DNA from: Leucoraja ocellata
Lineage: Eukaryota
Direction of reading: 5' to 3'
Assembly (NCBI GenBank): GCA_036785375.1
Contig: JAWMAR010000189.1
Location: forward strand, 3,162,001 to 3,226,000
Length of the DNA: 64,000 nt
Position 1 is the stretch's first letter, and each line of letters begins with the position of its first letter. A model generated the notes under the pieces. The model saw nothing but the letters and a program-made list of their open reading frames with translations, made no database searches and was not told the origin of the DNA. This document shows positions 60,621 through 64,000 of this stretch, in pieces. The position numbers were made by a program, and so were the translations under genes.

Positions 60621-62449
60621 GCTATGAGTCTATTTTGAAAGAGCTGCTCTATATGAGCAGGCCACACCCAGGAAGATGGGCAGCAATTGACATTCAGCTG
60701 CTCCGGCTATCACAGGAGGGTTGTTTCTCTCCTTCCGCACTGCTGGGCAAGTTCCAGTACAATATAGTGTCACTGGGGCCCACCAGAAGCCGGCATGTCT
60801 CACGAAACACACCCACACCTCTCGATTCCCAAGATCGAGGTGGCTTCCAGTTACCCCACAGCCAACGGCGAGTCGTGAACAGGACAACTTATTGCACTGT
60901 CAGAGGATTCCTTCCTGGCAAGCAAGGAACAAAAAAAAAATCCCGCCTATAAATCTGCACCCGCACAGAGCAATGGCTGTTTAACAAGAACTTAAAATTG
61001 GATGGCTCCAAGCTGGCTCAGTAAAGAGAGCAGATGGCCCGGCACTGAGCCATATGCAGAGCAAGGAGGACCGCAGCCCAGGGTGAACGTTTGCCCAGTG
61101 GTGAGAGAGAACGTCACTGTTCAGGTAGCCATGGGGACATTTAGTTCGAGAACATTGGAGAAATTACAGGTGATCGTGCCTGCTCCCAATTTGTGGCCCA
61201 TTCCCAATTTAAAGTTGTCCCCCCACCCCCGACCAATTGTCCCTGTTATAACTCTGGCCACTATCATCTGATCCAGTTCCACATCCTACCTTAGATTCGA
61301 CACAAAAAGCTGGAGTAACTCAGCGGGACAGGCAGCATTTCTGGAGACATGGAATGGGTGACGTTTCGGGTCGAGACCCTTTGGTTTTCCATTTTGTCCT
61401 TCGTGCCAACTTTGTAAAACATCCTGTGGGCGCCCGGAAGGTCAACAAGAACAAGCACCTCTCCGAAGTGGCCATTTCCAATCACGTTGCCGGCAGCCAA
61501 GCCAACAGGAGAGGGTTCATTCAGGTCAAACACTCCCTGCACATTAAGAGCGATCGGCAGAGGACAGTTAAAACCTACAAACACGTACGTCTCAGGGAAG
61601 TGAGGTGGAAGCCTGAGCACCTGGAGAAAAACCCACACAGTCACGGGGAGAAGGTGAACATTCCCGCACAGAGGTGAGGATCGGACCTGGGTCTCTGACA
61701 ACTACCAGCTGCCCCACTGTGCTGCCCTTCAAAGAAGCTAAGTCTGAAAGAGGTGAAATGTCACCCATCCTTTTTCTCCAGAGATGCTGCCTGACCCTCT
61801 GAGGTACTACAGCTTTTTGTGAATATCCCCAAGTAATATATGGCACCTCAAAAAAATGATCGTCAATATTGTTTGACAAATCAATTAATTTATTTTACCT
61901 CAAAATGTGGTTGAAGACAAAATGACTCTTATCTCCAGACACATACCCTTCAGCTAGAACCATTTTCTCTTTGGTTACAATGCTGCTCCTCCAGATTGCA
62001 AGAACATTTTAACGTTCTTCCAACGTTATGTGCTCATTACTCAGGTTGTTACTGCAAGCTTTCATATCTTGGTAACCTGCTTTAAAAAAAAATGTTTCTC
62101 CCTGGTAATTAATTTGTGTCACCATGGTTACGGGGGGACCTTAAAGTGAAAGAGTGGGAATGTGAGGGTGCTGACAATGGCCGCCCGATATTTCATCACC
62201 AGGTGTTTCTCAGTAGTCACCAAAGCTACAAACCTGTCACGCTCTCTGCTGCCTTTTACAGCGTTTTGGAAATCCCTCTTCACCTCCCAGCTACAGAATA
62301 ATTCCCCTTTGAATCACAGGCACACGTAAAGACATGGCGAAATGGGTTTGGTGTTGACCTGGAACTCCCACAAGAAAACATGAACCAGGCGCTAATCCTT
62401 ACGCACCCCCTTCCCTCCGCCCAAGTTGGCAGACAGCAGCAAGTGTGGA

Positions 62450-62550
62450 GAAAGAGGCCTCAGCCTTGGAGACCTCAGTTGTTTGCAATCTACATGAATG
62501 ACTGAGACGAAGAGACTGAATTTAACGGCTGATAAATCTAGATGAGGCGA
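62450..62550 (+). mobile_element. Old CR1 RT relic
   Basis: gacctcagttgtttgcaatctacatgaatgac resembles GPxLFxIYINDL. Confidence 0.55.
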
Positions 62551-62604
62551 GCAAGTTAGCCGTGTGGAGCACACAAAGAGGGTTGAAAAGGGCTAGCTAT
62601 TAGC

Positions 62605-62897
62605 TTAGTTTTAGTTTAGAGATTACGGAACGGAAACAGGCCCTTCGGCCCGCCGAGCCCATGCCGACTAGCGATCCCCGCACATTAACGCAACCTTACA
62701 CACACTGGGGATAATCGTACAGTTCTACCAAGCCAATGAATCTATAAACCTGTATGTCTCTGAAGCGTTGGGAGGAAACTGAAGATGGAGAAAACTCACG
62801 GGGAGATCGTACAAACTCCATACCGACAGTAGTCAGGATCAAACCTGGGTCTCTGGCGCTGTAAAATGGCTCTACCTCGGAGCCACTGTGCCACCCT
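62605..62897 (-). mobile_element. HE1-type V-SINE
   Basis: ggaaacaggcccttcggccc...ccactgtgccaccc. Confidence 0.85.
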
Positions 62898-63427
62898 GCA
62901 GCAGTGGGCAAGAGGGTGGCTACTGGGGCTTGTGGCTATTCTCTTGTCGTTCTTTGAGCATCGTGGGAATCCCTAGAAATCCCTAGAAATGAACTATTCT
63001 GAGATTATTCCCTTTGGCAAGAGGAACTGGAAGGCAGAGTACGGTCATATGACAATAAAATACTCTTGAAATCACCTCTCCAAATCATGCGTCACTCCAA
63101 GTTACCATTCCTTCATTTTGCCATCAATATCCTGAACCTACCACCATCGCTAAAAGCTCATTTGCCCTTTGACAGGTCTTGTTTTTGGTCCTGCTGGGGG
63201 TCCACAGCCCCCTCCTCACCTGGCAGACCAGGTGGGGGAGACGGTTTAGTCGCCGACCATCGACCATGGAGCAGGTAACACGGGATTACATGGTACCCGT
63301 GGTGGGGAGTGCACATTGAGAGGCACTCCAGTGGTCACCAGCTTTGAGGGAGCTAGGCAAGAAATGGCCTTCCCAATAAACCCCCCCCCATCTCATTAAA
63401 GAATCGTTACAAAATATTTTTGTAGCC

Positions 63428-63868
63428 TCAGAGGGTGGAGAATTTGTGGAATTATTTGCCACAGAAGGCTGTGGAGGCCAAGTCAGTAGATATATTTAAG
63501 GCAGAAATAGACATATTCTTGATTAATATGGATGTCAGAGATTATGGGGAGAAGGCAGGAGAATGGGGTTAGGAGGGAGAGATAGATCAGCCATGATTGA
63601 ATGGCAGAGTAGACTTGATGGGCTGAAATGGTCTAATTCTACTCCTATTCCTTATGACCTTAAGAGAGCAGTCCTGAAGTACTATCTATCACATTGGTGA
63701 CCCTCGGGCTGTCTTCGATCGGACCTCAAACCAAACCTTTGCCCATATCATGTATTTGTACACTGTTAACGGCTTGATTGGAATCATGCATTGTCTTTCC
63801 GCCGACTTGTTAGAGCGCTACAAAAGCTTTTCACTGTACCTCAGTACACGTGACAATAAACTAAACTT
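63428..63868 (+). mobile_element. CR1 3' end joined to a Rex-type 3'UTR
   Basis: CR1 tail atgaccttaaga then gagcagtcctgaa...acacgtgacaataaactaaact. Confidence 0.85.
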
Positions 63869-64000
63869 ATGAAACACCATAAATCCACATTTCCCAAACC
63901 TAGCGGTTGTGTGACCCATTTTAGGATTGTGAACATGTAGTCTATGTTTATGACGCTGCCAACTGGTGTCCTGTGTCATTTTCATGTTGCAGAAATAATT

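Noticed and set aside
60635-60952. 105-aa ORF in unique sequence
   Set aside because: Non-ATG start, no recognisable domain, no splice support

Overview
Eukaryotic, repeat-dense vertebrate genomic DNA with two assembly gaps (N runs at 28661-28895 and 33002-33244). The repeat inventory points to a cartilaginous fish, most likely a skate or ray; this is inferred from repeats only. It includes tRNA-derived HE1-type V-SINEs, their HER1/CR1 partner LINE, other CR1 3' ends, Rex/Babar and L2 relics, Penelope-like elements, and Harbinger and hAT MITEs. I recognise no host protein-coding gene, so the window looks like a large intron or intergenic tract. The only recognisable protein remnants are retroelement-derived: a CR1 ORF2 C-terminus, a Penelope GIY-YIG domain and Rex/Babar RT. 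The most notable signals are: (1) about 40 Penelope-derived ~100-bp repeats carrying a minimal, dimer-dependent hammerhead-ribozyme motif, often in inverted pairs; (2) two ~93%-identical long inverted repeats and several fold-back hairpins; (3) minisatellites whose units are splice-donor/HRE and Rbfox motifs; (4) a 65-bp templated copy between loci 30 kb apart; (5) a small non-repeat island with a kinase Gly-loop-like peptide. Repeat boundaries are by eye and approximate unless a target-site duplication (TSD) is quoted.
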